Shown here: one piece after another, positions 1 through 7,093 of the stretch
How positions within the stretch are numbered: position 1 is the stretch's first letter
Layout of the letters: every line of letters begins with the position of its first letter
Assembly (NCBI GenBank): GCA_001192655.1
Contig: BBVC01000031.1
Span: 1-11,884 of the forward strand
DNA length: 11,884 nt
Reading direction: 5' to 3'
Source of the DNA: Caedimonas varicaedens
GTDB taxonomy: Bacteria > Pseudomonadota > Alphaproteobacteria > Caedimonadales > Caedimonadaceae
The notes under the pieces: generated by a model
Databases searched by the model: none
Told to the model about the DNA's origin: nothing
The model's input: the letters and a program-made list of their open reading frames with translations, nothing else
Made by a program: the position numbers and the translations under genes

Positions 1-400
1 CTCCGGCGCTAACAATATCCACATTAAAGAAATTATCTGTGTAATCTGAACAGCCATAAAGAACCTGATTGGGCATGATGAATTTTGGATTCTTTCCATA
101 AAGCCAATCAATTGTTTCGTTGGGAGCAAGCTTAAAGTCTTTTTGAATGGGATAATCCACAATATCAGGGATATCCGTTACACTTTCATTTTGAGCGATA
201 TAGAGAGAAATTTTGATATCTGATTCTGTTTGATTGCACAAAAGTAAACTATCAAGGATACAAGTATGTTCCTGAGAAAACAGAACGCAAGGCGAAAGAT
301 TCACGTTCCTTACCAGAAATGACAGAAAATTCACAAAAGGCGTTCCTATTGAAGGAGTCCCGCCTTTTGTGCGCCTATTTGAAGTATGTGTTTCCCCCAT
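1..400 (-). CDS. hypothetical protein, truncated by the left window edge; start uncertain
   Basis: The minus-strand frame is open from ATG at 400 (in-frame TGA immediately upstream) to position 1. It is absent from the supplied track because it has no stop in the window. My translation ends ...ISLYIAQNESVTDIPDIVDYPIQKDFKLAPNETIDWLYGKNPKFIMPNQVLYGCSDYTDNFFNVDIVSAG. The 332-371 terminator-like hairpin lies within the first ~25 codons, so the real start may be the in-frame GTG at 304 or TTG at 241. No family recognised. Confidence 0.45.
   Translation of the reverse strand, partial: MGETHTSNRRTKGGTPSIGTPFVNFLSFLVRNVNLSPCVLFSQEHTCILDSLLLCNQTESDIKISLYIAQNESVTDIPDIVDYPIQKDFKLAPNETIDWLYGKNPKFIMPNQVLYGCSDYTDNFFNVDIVSAG
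332..371 (-). terminator. putative rho-independent terminator closing the fibre operon
   Basis: Perfect 11-bp inverted repeat: CACAAAAGGCG (332-342) and CGCCTTTTGTG (361-371), with an 18-nt loop that can form a further 5-bp inner stem. On the minus strand it is followed by AATTTTCTGTCATTTCT. It sits 73 nt downstream of the 73-aa gene stop. Confidence 0.55.
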
Positions 401-443
401 TCAAACCCACTGTCTTTCTAAATTCTGTTGCTTGCAACAGGAA

Positions 444-665
444 TTACTTTGTTCCGAATACAGGAATTTCTTTTTTCAATGCCTGCATGTCCGCCATCAT
501 ATCATCAATAACCTCAGAAAAGGAGGCGCATATCTGTTGGTATTGGGGCGTGATTTCTCCTGAGAAATTGAAAGCTTGCGTGCCGTATTGCTGACAAAAT
601 TGAGAGTTGACATTGAAGTGAGATAGTTCTTTGAGTCCTTGACGATTAATAGCAATGCTTGCCAT
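444..665 (-). CDS. small hypothetical protein (73 aa), last gene of the fibre operon
   Basis: ATG at 665 is preceded by AAGGAG with a 6-nt spacer (AAAAGGAGACACATATG). The protein is soluble-looking and Q-rich, with no TM segment. No family recognised. Confidence 0.7.
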   Translation of the reverse strand: MASIAINRQGLKELSHFNVNSQFCQQYGTQAFNFSGEITPQYQQICASFSEVIDDMMADMQALKKEIPVFGTK

Positions 666-771
666 ATGTGTCTCCTTTTATGAAAAATTAAACAATAGGG
701 ATGAAGTCAACAAATCAATATTTTGTTTGAAATTCCCCTACACTTGAATATACAGACTGCACAACAGAAAT

Positions 772-2688
772 TCAATGAATCTGACGCACTTCTTGCTCTA
801 GAGATACAAGGCGTTGTGTCATTTCCTGAACGGCTAAAATGGTGTAACACAAAAGCGTATTGTAATTGACACCTAAAGAGGGGATATGATCGGGCAATGT
901 GTTTTGAGATGCATCCAGTGGTTTGTATTGATTGGTAGCATTGTCAAAAAGTGTCAGCACGTCTTCGGCAATCACACCCACTTGAAGCTCATTCATTTTT
1001 CTTTGCTTGCGGGCTTTCTTTTTGGGTGAATCAGATTTCAAAATGTCATACTTCAAGCCGTAAGAATAAATATTAAGACGAGTAAGTCTATCTAAATAAT
1101 CTTTATGTTTCTTTTTTCGAACGCTATGCTTGTTCTCTTTAGAACAAGGAACAAATTGTCCAGACCCATTAATGTAGGCAACGTAGCTGGTCATACTGCC
1201 ATTGTCTTCATCGGTAAAGATGAAGCCTAAAGTGTTCATGGGATTGATGAACTGCATGAAATCACCGTTCATGACCAGAGAAGATGTTTGTCCAAGGGCG
1301 TTTGATTCAAGGATCGTAGAATACGAAGAATTATAGACATTGGCTGCCCGTAAGTCCAAATAGTTGCTATAGGGACGAATATAACATTGATATCCGCCTT
1401 CATAAAAAGTTGTTTTGGCACTATTGCTCGCAATATCCATACGTTTTACTGAACCCGTTCCAAACTTTAGAGTAGCTGTATTAGCGGCCCACATATAAGC
1501 TTCGTTCGTGCTGGAATTAAACCCAAACTCTGCGCCATTTGATCCATTATATTGGATGAGAAACCCTGTAGAAATTGCACCTAGATTCGTATTATTTATA
1601 ACGATGTTATGCGAAGAACTATTTGTTGTCACGCGGATGGGGTCACCATCAACATTGGTAAAAGATAAAGGATTTTGCACATTTATTGAGACTTGGTTAT
1701 ACGCCGCCAAATTGTTGGCTTGGAGAGTTCCTGTTGTGGCACTGATCTTGCCAGAAGTTGTCAGGTCAAAGGTTTGAAGTGTCATATTGCTATCAATATT
1801 GAGATGATTGATATAAGGAACACTCCATTGACCGTCTCCGCGCAAAAAATAAGAGGAATTTGAAGGATAGCCATTCAGTCTTGAGATATTGAGCTTTCCT
1901 GTGGTTCCTGTATTGATATTTAGACTGGTGACAACACTGCCATTGCTGGCAGATGTTATACGTCCATAAGCATCCACTGTTGCATTGAGATTGGTATAGC
2001 TACCCGGCAAAACACCCGTGCCAGCTAAAGTAATCGTCCCGCTTGACGTAATTGTGCCACCTCTCAATCCTGTGCCTGCAGTAATACTGGTCACTGTGCC
2101 ACCTGTAGGATTGGACGCATTAATCGGAACCCAAGCTGATCCCGTATACATCTCAACAGTGCTTAGCGTAGAATTTGCTCGCATCATGCCAAAAACAGCC
2201 GTAGATGGTCTTTGTGCCGTTGTACCTATCGGTAAGATCATAGACGCTGTCCCAGGAAAGACAGGATTAGAAGCAAAAATTGTTTGAATGGGAGAATCTG
2301 TGAAACCAGACCCGCCAATATCTCCGCTTAAAGTGATGGGAATAGAAGACCTTGCATCAAAATCAACAGGCACATTAAAACGAAGACGAGAATTTTCTTC
2401 CGAGTAGTTGAAAATAGGCAAGTTCGAGACAGGCTCATACCCAAATCTCTCCAGCATAAAATCTCCAAAAATAGAGCTTGGTTTCGTGACCTGCTTGAAC
2501 CGATAACCGATAAAGGAATGGTTCAAAAAATCATAAGAACTAACTTCGTCCGTCAAACTCGTAGGCATAAACTGCGTCAGAGATTGAAGCGCACCATGAT
2601 TGTTCTCGGGGGAGAAAATCAACTTTTGTGTATCGCCCAATATTTTGAGATCAGGATTTATTCCACTCACGACTATCGTTGTTGCCAT
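772..2688 (-). CDS. tail-fibre protein with C-terminal intramolecular chaperone (Peptidase_S74-like) domain
   Basis: 638-aa ORF with GGAG 4 nt upstream of the ATG (ACGGAGATACATG). N-terminal ILGDTQKLIFSP and NPVFPGTASMILPIGTTAQRPSTAVFGMMR...VEMYTGSAW module shared with the two upstream genes. G/T/S-rich shaft repeats (GGTVTSITAGTGLRGGTITSSGTITLAGTGV, VDAYGRITSASNG, FLRGDGQWSVP) are typical of phage fibres. The last ~120 aa (CSKENKHSV...LNIYSYGLKYD...QVGVIAEDV...LGVNYNTLLCYTILAVQEMTQRLVSLEQEV) fit the endosialidase/tail-fibre chaperone domain pattern. Confidence 0.9.
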   Translation of the reverse strand: MATTIVVSGINPDLKILGDTQKLIFSPENNHGALQSLTQFMPTSLTDEVSSYDFLNHSFIGYRFKQVTKPSSIFGDFMLERFGYEPVSNLPIFNYSEENSRLRFNVPVDFDARSSIPITLSGDIGGSGFTDSPIQTIFASNPVFPGTASMILPIGTTAQRPSTAVFGMMRANSTLSTVEMYTGSAWVPINASNPTGGTVTSITAGTGLRGGTITSSGTITLAGTGVLPGSYTNLNATVDAYGRITSASNGSVVTSLNINTGTTGKLNISRLNGYPSNSSYFLRGDGQWSVPYINHLNIDSNMTLQTFDLTTSGKISATTGTLQANNLAAYNQVSINVQNPLSFTNVDGDPIRVTTNSSSHNIVINNTNLGAISTGFLIQYNGSNGAEFGFNSSTNEAYMWAANTATLKFGTGSVKRMDIASNSAKTTFYEGGYQCYIRPYSNYLDLRAANVYNSSYSTILESNALGQTSSLVMNGDFMQFINPMNTLGFIFTDEDNGSMTSYVAYINGSGQFVPCSKENKHSVRKKKHKDYLDRLTRLNIYSYGLKYDILKSDSPKKKARKQRKMNELQVGVIAEDVLTLFDNATNQYKPLDASQNTLPDHIPSLGVNYNTLLCYTILAVQEMTQRLVSLEQEVRQIH

Positions 2689-2831
2689 TGTATCTCCGTA
2701 TCATCGTTTAGCGCATCCCATACAATTTTAAAGACCCTTTCATCAATCAATGCCACATCAGGAGGCATGGAAAACGGCGTAATCCAACTCTCTCCGTCAA
2801 AAACTTCTAGATTTTTTACAGGATCACTCAC
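2673..2831 (-). CDS. candidate unannotated small ORF (52 aa, GTG start), or relic of a fibre module
   Basis: It fills the only sizeable gap (2689-2833) in the fibre operon. GTG at 2831 lies 2 nt after the 215-aa stop, and TAG at 2673-2675 overlaps the 638-aa start by 16 nt. Hand translation: VSDPVKNLEVFDGESWITPFSMPPDVALIDERVFKIVWDALNDDTEIQWQQR. No SD; an internal ATG at 2768 would give only 31 aa. It is too short to appear in the supplied track. Confidence 0.25.
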   Translation of the reverse strand: MSDPVKNLEVFDGESWITPFSMPPDVALIDERVFKIVWDALNDDTEIQWQQR

Positions 2832-2833
2832 TT

Positions 2834-3481
2834 TTAGACAAACTTGAAAGTGAGGTCGCAGGATATTGAACCACTCAAATCAGCAGGAGAAGCCCATCGC
2901 AAGGTGAGACCCAACTCGCTGAAATCAAGCTCAGAAACGGCAGATAAGTCCATAACATTTATTGTTTGTTCGCGACTGTAACGAGAAAGTCTTGCCTTTC
3001 CTTGGCTGTTTTCAGTAAAAGTTGACAGTGTCCATTCTGTGCCAATAAACTTTGTATAGTCAATTTGAGTATCACTTGTTCCTGTTCCAATAGGACTTAG
3101 GATACCTGGAAGCGTTGGTGTGCTGAGAATTGTATTATGATCTGGAACACTAAAGCGAATCATCCCGACTTTAGGCTCTGTTGGGCGCTGAGATTGAACA
3201 CCAACAGGAACAGTAAGGAATCCTGCACTATCAATCACCGTGTCGCCAGGGACAACTGGATTTTGAGAAATGGAAATCACAGGCTTTTGAGTAGCAGGAT
3301 CAATACTTATCACAATCTGGCGATCAGTTCCTAAAATGTCTTGGTTGAGAAGAAACCGAAGCCATTGAGTACCATCATGAAACTCAACACCCGCTGAAGA
3401 TGGATCAACGCTGTTAACCGGTGCCAACGCAGTGAATGGAACTTCATTTTTTTCATAAGTAAAATCAATATTTTTAGGCAT
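2834..3481 (-). CDS. fibre-associated protein (215 aa) carrying the short form of the shared fibre module
   Basis: ATG at 3481 has AGGA about 9 nt upstream and lies 17 nt after the 813-aa stop. Residues 51-110 (GTDRQIVISIDPATQKPVISISQNPVVPGDT...VPVGVQSQRPTEPKVGMIRF) parallel the last 60 aa of the upstream 813-aa protein. The C-terminal ~105 aa are of unknown fold. Confidence 0.8.
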   Translation of the reverse strand: MPKNIDFTYEKNEVPFTALAPVNSVDPSSAGVEFHDGTQWLRFLLNQDILGTDRQIVISIDPATQKPVISISQNPVVPGDTVIDSAGFLTVPVGVQSQRPTEPKVGMIRFSVPDHNTILSTPTLPGILSPIGTGTSDTQIDYTKFIGTEWTLSTFTENSQGKARLSRYSREQTINVMDLSAVSELDFSELGLTLRWASPADLSGSISCDLTFKFV

Positions 3482-3498
3482 TTTTGCTATCCTGAATG

Positions 3499-5940
3499 TT
3501 AGTGAGTTGTGTAACGAATCATTCCGACCTTGGGCTCTAAAATTGCGTCTCGTTCGGCTTGACTTCCTCCTGGAATCATAACATATTTTGTCCCTGGGAT
3601 CGTAGGATTTTCAGCTAAAGAAATCTTTTTTTGTGTTGAATCGTCAAAATCGTCTTCAATCACGATTTGATGGTCTGTTCCAACGCTTTTAACGCCTATT
3701 TTTTTTGACCCTAATGCGTCACTCCGAAAATAAGCGTCCTCAGATTGAGAATAGAAATACACATGCTTATCTTGGAAAGAAGGAATGCTATGTGTTTCAG
3801 CAAGAGCAATCACCGCCTTATCTCCTTGTCCTGTATTCTTGATATGAAGTGAATATTGCGGATTATTGTGACCGATAGCCACGTCAGGATAATAAACGTC
3901 ATTATCGTGATCCGCTCCACCAAGAACGATAGAATTGGAAGACTCAACCTTGGCATACGCGCCAATAGCAATGGCATTGACAAGCGTTCCTGAATCTTGC
4001 CCGCCCGTGTCCGCTTGGTATCCCAAGCCAATACAAAAATCTCCTCCCTTTCCCACCAAAGGCACATTTGATCCTGTGACCGAAGAAAGCGCACTGTCTC
4101 CAATGGCAATATTTCCTCTTCCTGTGCTATTGCTTCCCAAAGCATCAACACCGATGGCAAGATTCGGATGTTGTGTGAGCCACGAATGAGAAGTCGTAAA
4201 ATTTAAAGAAGCTCTGTCTCCTATAGCAATGTGCCTGGATTCAGCCGTCAAAGGATTGGTCGAGTCTGCATTCAGGTAAAAAAGTGTGCGATAGCCAATG
4301 GCAATATTGGAACTGCCACTTCTGGTCATTCTCGCGGCAGAATATCCAATGAAAACATTAGGCGATCCCAGTGGCTTTGCCGCAAAAGGCGCGTAATTAG
4401 CTCCAGCATAAGCACCGATGGCGACAGAGCCATCTGTAACTGTTTGAAATCTTTCAAGAGAATTCCCTTGTAAAGCGCAATAGCCAATCGCCACAGAACC
4501 GTCAATATATCCAGACAAAGGAATCCCAAGGGTATCAATGTTTGCAGGATACTGAAGGGCATTTGCGCCAATCGCAACGTTATGCTCCCCTTTGAACATG
4601 TTCTCAAGTGTACTTTGTCCAATCGCTACATGATTCCCACCAGGAGAAAGCATGGACCAAATTCCAGGACCAACACCAGATCGAGAAAGAGCATTTTGTC
4701 CTATGGCAACAGAGTTTTTGACGAAACCACAATATTGCAAAGCTTGGTGTCCCAAGCTCACATTGTAATCTCCTGACGAAAATTCTTGAGACGAAAAACC
4801 AACCGCCACATTGTAACGCGCCGCACTCACTCCCACAGCGTTACCGCAATTCTTCAAAGCGTTATAACCAACCGCCACATTCTCAATAGGATTAGCATGC
4901 GAATCAGATTCATTTGTAGGTGAGGAAAGCACGTTGAGGCCAATAGCAACATTTCGTGAGGCGCTACCTCCATCCGCAAACGTTCCACACTGTGTGCCGA
5001 TATAAAAATTGTCACGATCGCCAAATGTGTCGGTGATATAGGTCGGCTTTGCTTCTCCATACATCTTTTTCCAGCCGTCATTATATCCGCCCTCAAAGTA
5101 ATTCGTGTCGCTATTGTAGCGAAACATGCCAACGACAGGCTGTTCAGGCGTAGGATCGGGTCTTTGATCGTCTCCTCCCATAGGAATCGTGATGGAAATA
5201 TTGCCGGGGAAAACCGCATTATCCTGAAACGTGGTCTCAATCTTTTTAATCTTTTTGTCAGGATGTTCAGGATCAGGAATTACTTCAATTACCTTGCCTG
5301 AAACCGCTCCTATGATACTTTGACCAATGTTTTCAAAAATCACCACTTCCGCTATTTCCAAGTCTGCAAGCGTCAGGAAATCAATGCCAGGAATGGCAAT
5401 CTCTATCTTGCCAAAAGGCAGATTTTCAGGATGAAGAGGATCAGGTAATTGAAGAGAAAGTTTTAGAATGTTGGGCGTCAGGGCAATATTATAAAGCTCG
5501 TTCAAAGTTTGAGCATGTGGCAACTTCTTATCGCCATATTGACCTAAAGCCACGAATGGCTCACCGCCATAAGCATAATCCTCATTAGGTTGAGCATAGG
5601 CAAAGGTTGTGTAGTGTTGATCATCAGGCACGTCAGGATTGGCAACAGCAAGTTTCGTTAAAACGGGATAAGGTAATGCTGGAGGCGTTGCGGGCGTTGG
5701 AACAACAGTATTCAAATCAAAAGGCATCGGTCTTGAAAGAATGGTTTGATCTTCCTGAACCTGTGGAATGCCTAGCCAAATATGAGAACTCTGTAAATCT
5801 GGCAAATTATCTTGTAAAATAGTGGGTGAAAAAAAGGAATGGTTCTGATCGTCACCCAGAAGAACATGACTAAATGGAATAATGAGCTTCCCGCTCACAG
5901 GTGACATAAAAGGATCGGTATAGCCTGAAAGATAGTTCAT
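3499..5940 (-). CDS. large tail-fibre/adhesin-like protein with YadA-head-like beta-roll repeats
   Basis: 813-aa ORF. Long module at the N-terminus (VLLGDDQNHSFFSP at aa 26-39; NAVFPGNISITIPMGGDDQRPDPTPEQPVVGMFRYNSDTNYFEGGYNDGW at aa 241-290). About 16 irregularly spaced N-[VI]-A-[IV]-G-x-x-[AS]-L repeats over aa 329-690, resembling trimeric-autotransporter head (Hep_Hag) repeats. A second, short module forms the extreme C-terminus (GTDHQIVIEDD...NPTIPGTKYVMIPGGSQAERDAILEPKVGMIRYTTH-stop). No signal peptide or membrane anchor. Confidence 0.9.
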   Translation of the reverse strand: MNYLSGYTDPFMSPVSGKLIIPFSHVLLGDDQNHSFFSPTILQDNLPDLQSSHIWLGIPQVQEDQTILSRPMPFDLNTVVPTPATPPALPYPVLTKLAVANPDVPDDQHYTTFAYAQPNEDYAYGGEPFVALGQYGDKKLPHAQTLNELYNIALTPNILKLSLQLPDPLHPENLPFGKIEIAIPGIDFLTLADLEIAEVVIFENIGQSIIGAVSGKVIEVIPDPEHPDKKIKKIETTFQDNAVFPGNISITIPMGGDDQRPDPTPEQPVVGMFRYNSDTNYFEGGYNDGWKKMYGEAKPTYITDTFGDRDNFYIGTQCGTFADGGSASRNVAIGLNVLSSPTNESDSHANPIENVAVGYNALKNCGNAVGVSAARYNVAVGFSSQEFSSGDYNVSLGHQALQYCGFVKNSVAIGQNALSRSGVGPGIWSMLSPGGNHVAIGQSTLENMFKGEHNVAIGANALQYPANIDTLGIPLSGYIDGSVAIGYCALQGNSLERFQTVTDGSVAIGAYAGANYAPFAAKPLGSPNVFIGYSAARMTRSGSSNIAIGYRTLFYLNADSTNPLTAESRHIAIGDRASLNFTTSHSWLTQHPNLAIGVDALGSNSTGRGNIAIGDSALSSVTGSNVPLVGKGGDFCIGLGYQADTGGQDSGTLVNAIAIGAYAKVESSNSIVLGGADHDNDVYYPDVAIGHNNPQYSLHIKNTGQGDKAVIALAETHSIPSFQDKHVYFYSQSEDAYFRSDALGSKKIGVKSVGTDHQIVIEDDFDDSTQKKISLAENPTIPGTKYVMIPGGSQAERDAILEPKVGMIRYTTH

Positions 5941-5971
5941 GTATAAGCCAGTTTCTCAAAAATAATAAGCA

Positions 5972-6000
5972 ATTCTAACAGTTTTTATGAGAATTGGGAA
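5972..6000 (-). promoter_or_regulatory. candidate sigma70-type promoter for the fibre operon
   Basis: The minus strand reads TTCCCA (6000-5995), a 17-nt spacer, then TAGAAT (5977-5972), about 30 nt upstream of the 813-aa ATG. Motif match only. Confidence 0.25.
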
Positions 6001-6352
6001 TTGATTGACAGCACTTGCGATCGTAATAAGCAAGTGTTGGCTATTGCCAAATAAAATGTAGCATCAATCGCGTCATAAATGCACGGGAAATGAAAGAAAT
6101 GATTGACATGGTGGTAGAGTAGCCAAGACAAAGTTATACACTGATTCTCGCGCGATTGTGTTGCGGTGTTTGAAATATCTTGTTATAAAGGAAAAATGAA
6201 TAGGTGACATAGATTTCAACTACGTCACCCACAGAATGGTTGTTTGGGAACTTACATTCAGTTTGTATCTTCACAGTAGCAAACTTTCATATCTTTATCA
6301 AGTTCCCTTAACTCTATCAAGCGCATTTTTGCGCTCGAAGGAACTTGTCGAC

Positions 6353-6487
6353 ATGAAAAAGAAAATAGAAGAAGCGGTAAAAGAATATATTTACCGCCGA
6401 TTTATTACTCTTCGTAATGGGAAACGCCTTGATGCTCACGACTTCGGTTTGCGAGCATTTAAGTTTCCTGTAAAAATAGAACAGTAA
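6353..6487 (+). CDS. small hypothetical protein (44 aa); the track ORF 6236-6487 probably starts here
   Basis: The internal ATG at 6353 is preceded by GAAGGAAC. Product: MKKKIEEAVKEYIYRRFITLRNGKRLDAHDFGLRAFKFPVKIEQ. The upstream 39 codons of the 83-aa version look non-protein-like and span a GCGCA-TTTT-TGCGC hairpin. The gene converges on the 6497-6526 terminator. Confidence 0.35.
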   Translation: MKKKIEEAVKEYIYRRFITLRNGKRLDAHDFGLRAFKFPVKIEQ

Positions 6488-6496
6488 ATACAAATG

Positions 6497-6526
6497 ATAG
6501 AGGAGTGGCGTCATGCGCTCCTCTAT
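6497..6526. terminator. putative bidirectional terminator between convergent genes
   Basis: 9-bp perfect stem ATAGAGGAG (6497-6505) / CTCCTCTAT (6518-6526) with a 12-nt loop. It lies 10 nt after the plus-strand stop (6487) and 13 nt after the minus-strand stop (6539). T-tails are weak on both strands. Confidence 0.5.
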
Positions 6527-6538
6527 TATCCATCCAAT

Positions 6539-6745
6539 CTAAGAGCCTTGCATTGGTTCACTAATGCTCGTGATGGAGGACGTATGTAGCTTAGGAAGAT
6601 CAGCACTTACATGCACGCCTGTTATTTCACCACCTTGGATGACAGGCGTTGCAACCAATCCTAACGAAAGTAATCCATTGTAAAGCCTTTCATTTCTGTC
6701 GGCAGATGACATATGTTGTGGTTGGAATTTTTCTGCAATGTTCAT
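6539..6745 (-). CDS. hypothetical protein (68 aa)
   Basis: ATG at 6745 is preceded by AAAGGAAC about 9 nt upstream. It ends just before the terminator hairpin. No family recognised. Confidence 0.5.
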   Translation of the reverse strand: MNIAEKFQPQHMSSADRNERLYNGLLSLGLVATPVIQGGEITGVHVSADLPKLHTSSITSISEPMQGS

Positions 6746-6813
6746 TTTATTTCTGTTCCTTTGTTTGGTTGTTCTGCAACATCATACACAAAAAAAATCA
6801 CGATAAAAAACTA

Positions 6814-7017
6814 TTAATGCGCATCCTGTCCAATCCTCGCTCCACACTCACAATGCTTACCATGTTCCCGCTCATGTTCAAATTCTGTTGCAAACTCTTC
6901 AATAGCTTCTTCAGCAAGATGCTCCGCTTCTTTCACAGCAAACTTTCCAAGTTCATACGTGCAGGAGGAAAGAGCAAGAACAGATAAAATGATGAGTTTA
7001 TTCATAGATGGAGTCAT
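6814..7017 (-). CDS. small lipoprotein (67 aa) with an acidic, His/Cys-containing mature part
   Basis: The N-terminus M(TPSM)NKLIILSVLALSS-C is a textbook lipoprotein signal with lipobox LSSC. Mature part: CTYELGKFAVKEAEHLAEEAIEEFATEFEHEREHGKHCECGARIGQDAH. The start could be ATG 7017 or ATG 7005. No clear SD. Confidence 0.6.
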   Translation of the reverse strand: MTPSMNKLIILSVLALSSCTYELGKFAVKEAEHLAEEAIEEFATEFEHEREHGKHCECGARIGQDAH

Positions 7018-7093
7018 TTAGTAAATTTAAGAAATCATAGCATTTTTAGAGAATGTGGGGAATTATGATTATAATTGTCATAAGCCAATGATG

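Noticed and set aside
319-594. Plus-strand ORFs 319-594 and 369-563.
   Set aside because: They overlap the SD-led 73-aa minus-strand gene and the terminator hairpin. Their composition (C/F/L-rich) looks like antisense translation.
176-3516. Isolated copies of the replicase iteron word outside the cluster: CGTTACAC at 176-183, GGTGTAACAC at 841-850, CTGTAACGA at 2976-2984 and GTGTAACG at 3509-3516.
   Set aside because: A 7-8-mer is expected to occur roughly once by chance in about 24 kb of two-strand sequence. These copies are scattered, sit inside coding regions and are not phased, so they give no evidence of secondary ori or crr-like sites. Only the exact 10-mer match at 841-850 is mildly surprising.
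1508-5822. Ten track ORFs nested inside the fibre genes: plus-strand 1508-1777, 2018-2287, 2518-2847, 3137-3334, 3935-4189, 4231-4473, 4582-4776 and 5607-5822; minus-strand 3810-4160, 4326-4622 and 4854-5240.
   Set aside because: All lie wholly or largely inside much longer ORFs that have clear fibre-family features. Their translations are low-complexity or Arg/Cys-rich shadow-frame products without ribosome-binding sites.
772-5940. Diversity-generating retroelement, invertible (Gin/Cin or shufflon-type) switch, or CRISPR array associated with the fibre genes.
   Set aside because: The window has no reverse transcriptase, no template/variable repeat pair, no invertase and no inverted cassette copies. 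The duplicated fibre modules are all co-oriented and diverged at synonymous sites. No regularly spaced short repeats occur anywhere in the window.
6236-6352. The N-terminal 39 codons of the 83-aa track ORF.
   Set aside because: The peptide looks non-protein-like, there is no SD at 6236, and the span crosses a stable hairpin. The internal ATG at 6353 has an AAGGA motif upstream.
6649-6987. Plus-strand 112-aa ORF, plus minus-strand 6317-6514.
   Set aside because: The 112-aa ORF overlaps both the 68-aa gene (which has an RBS) and the lipoprotein gene (canonical lipobox) on the opposite strand, and its F/C/K-rich product looks spurious. ORF 6317-6514 runs antisense to the small plus-strand gene and through the terminator stem.
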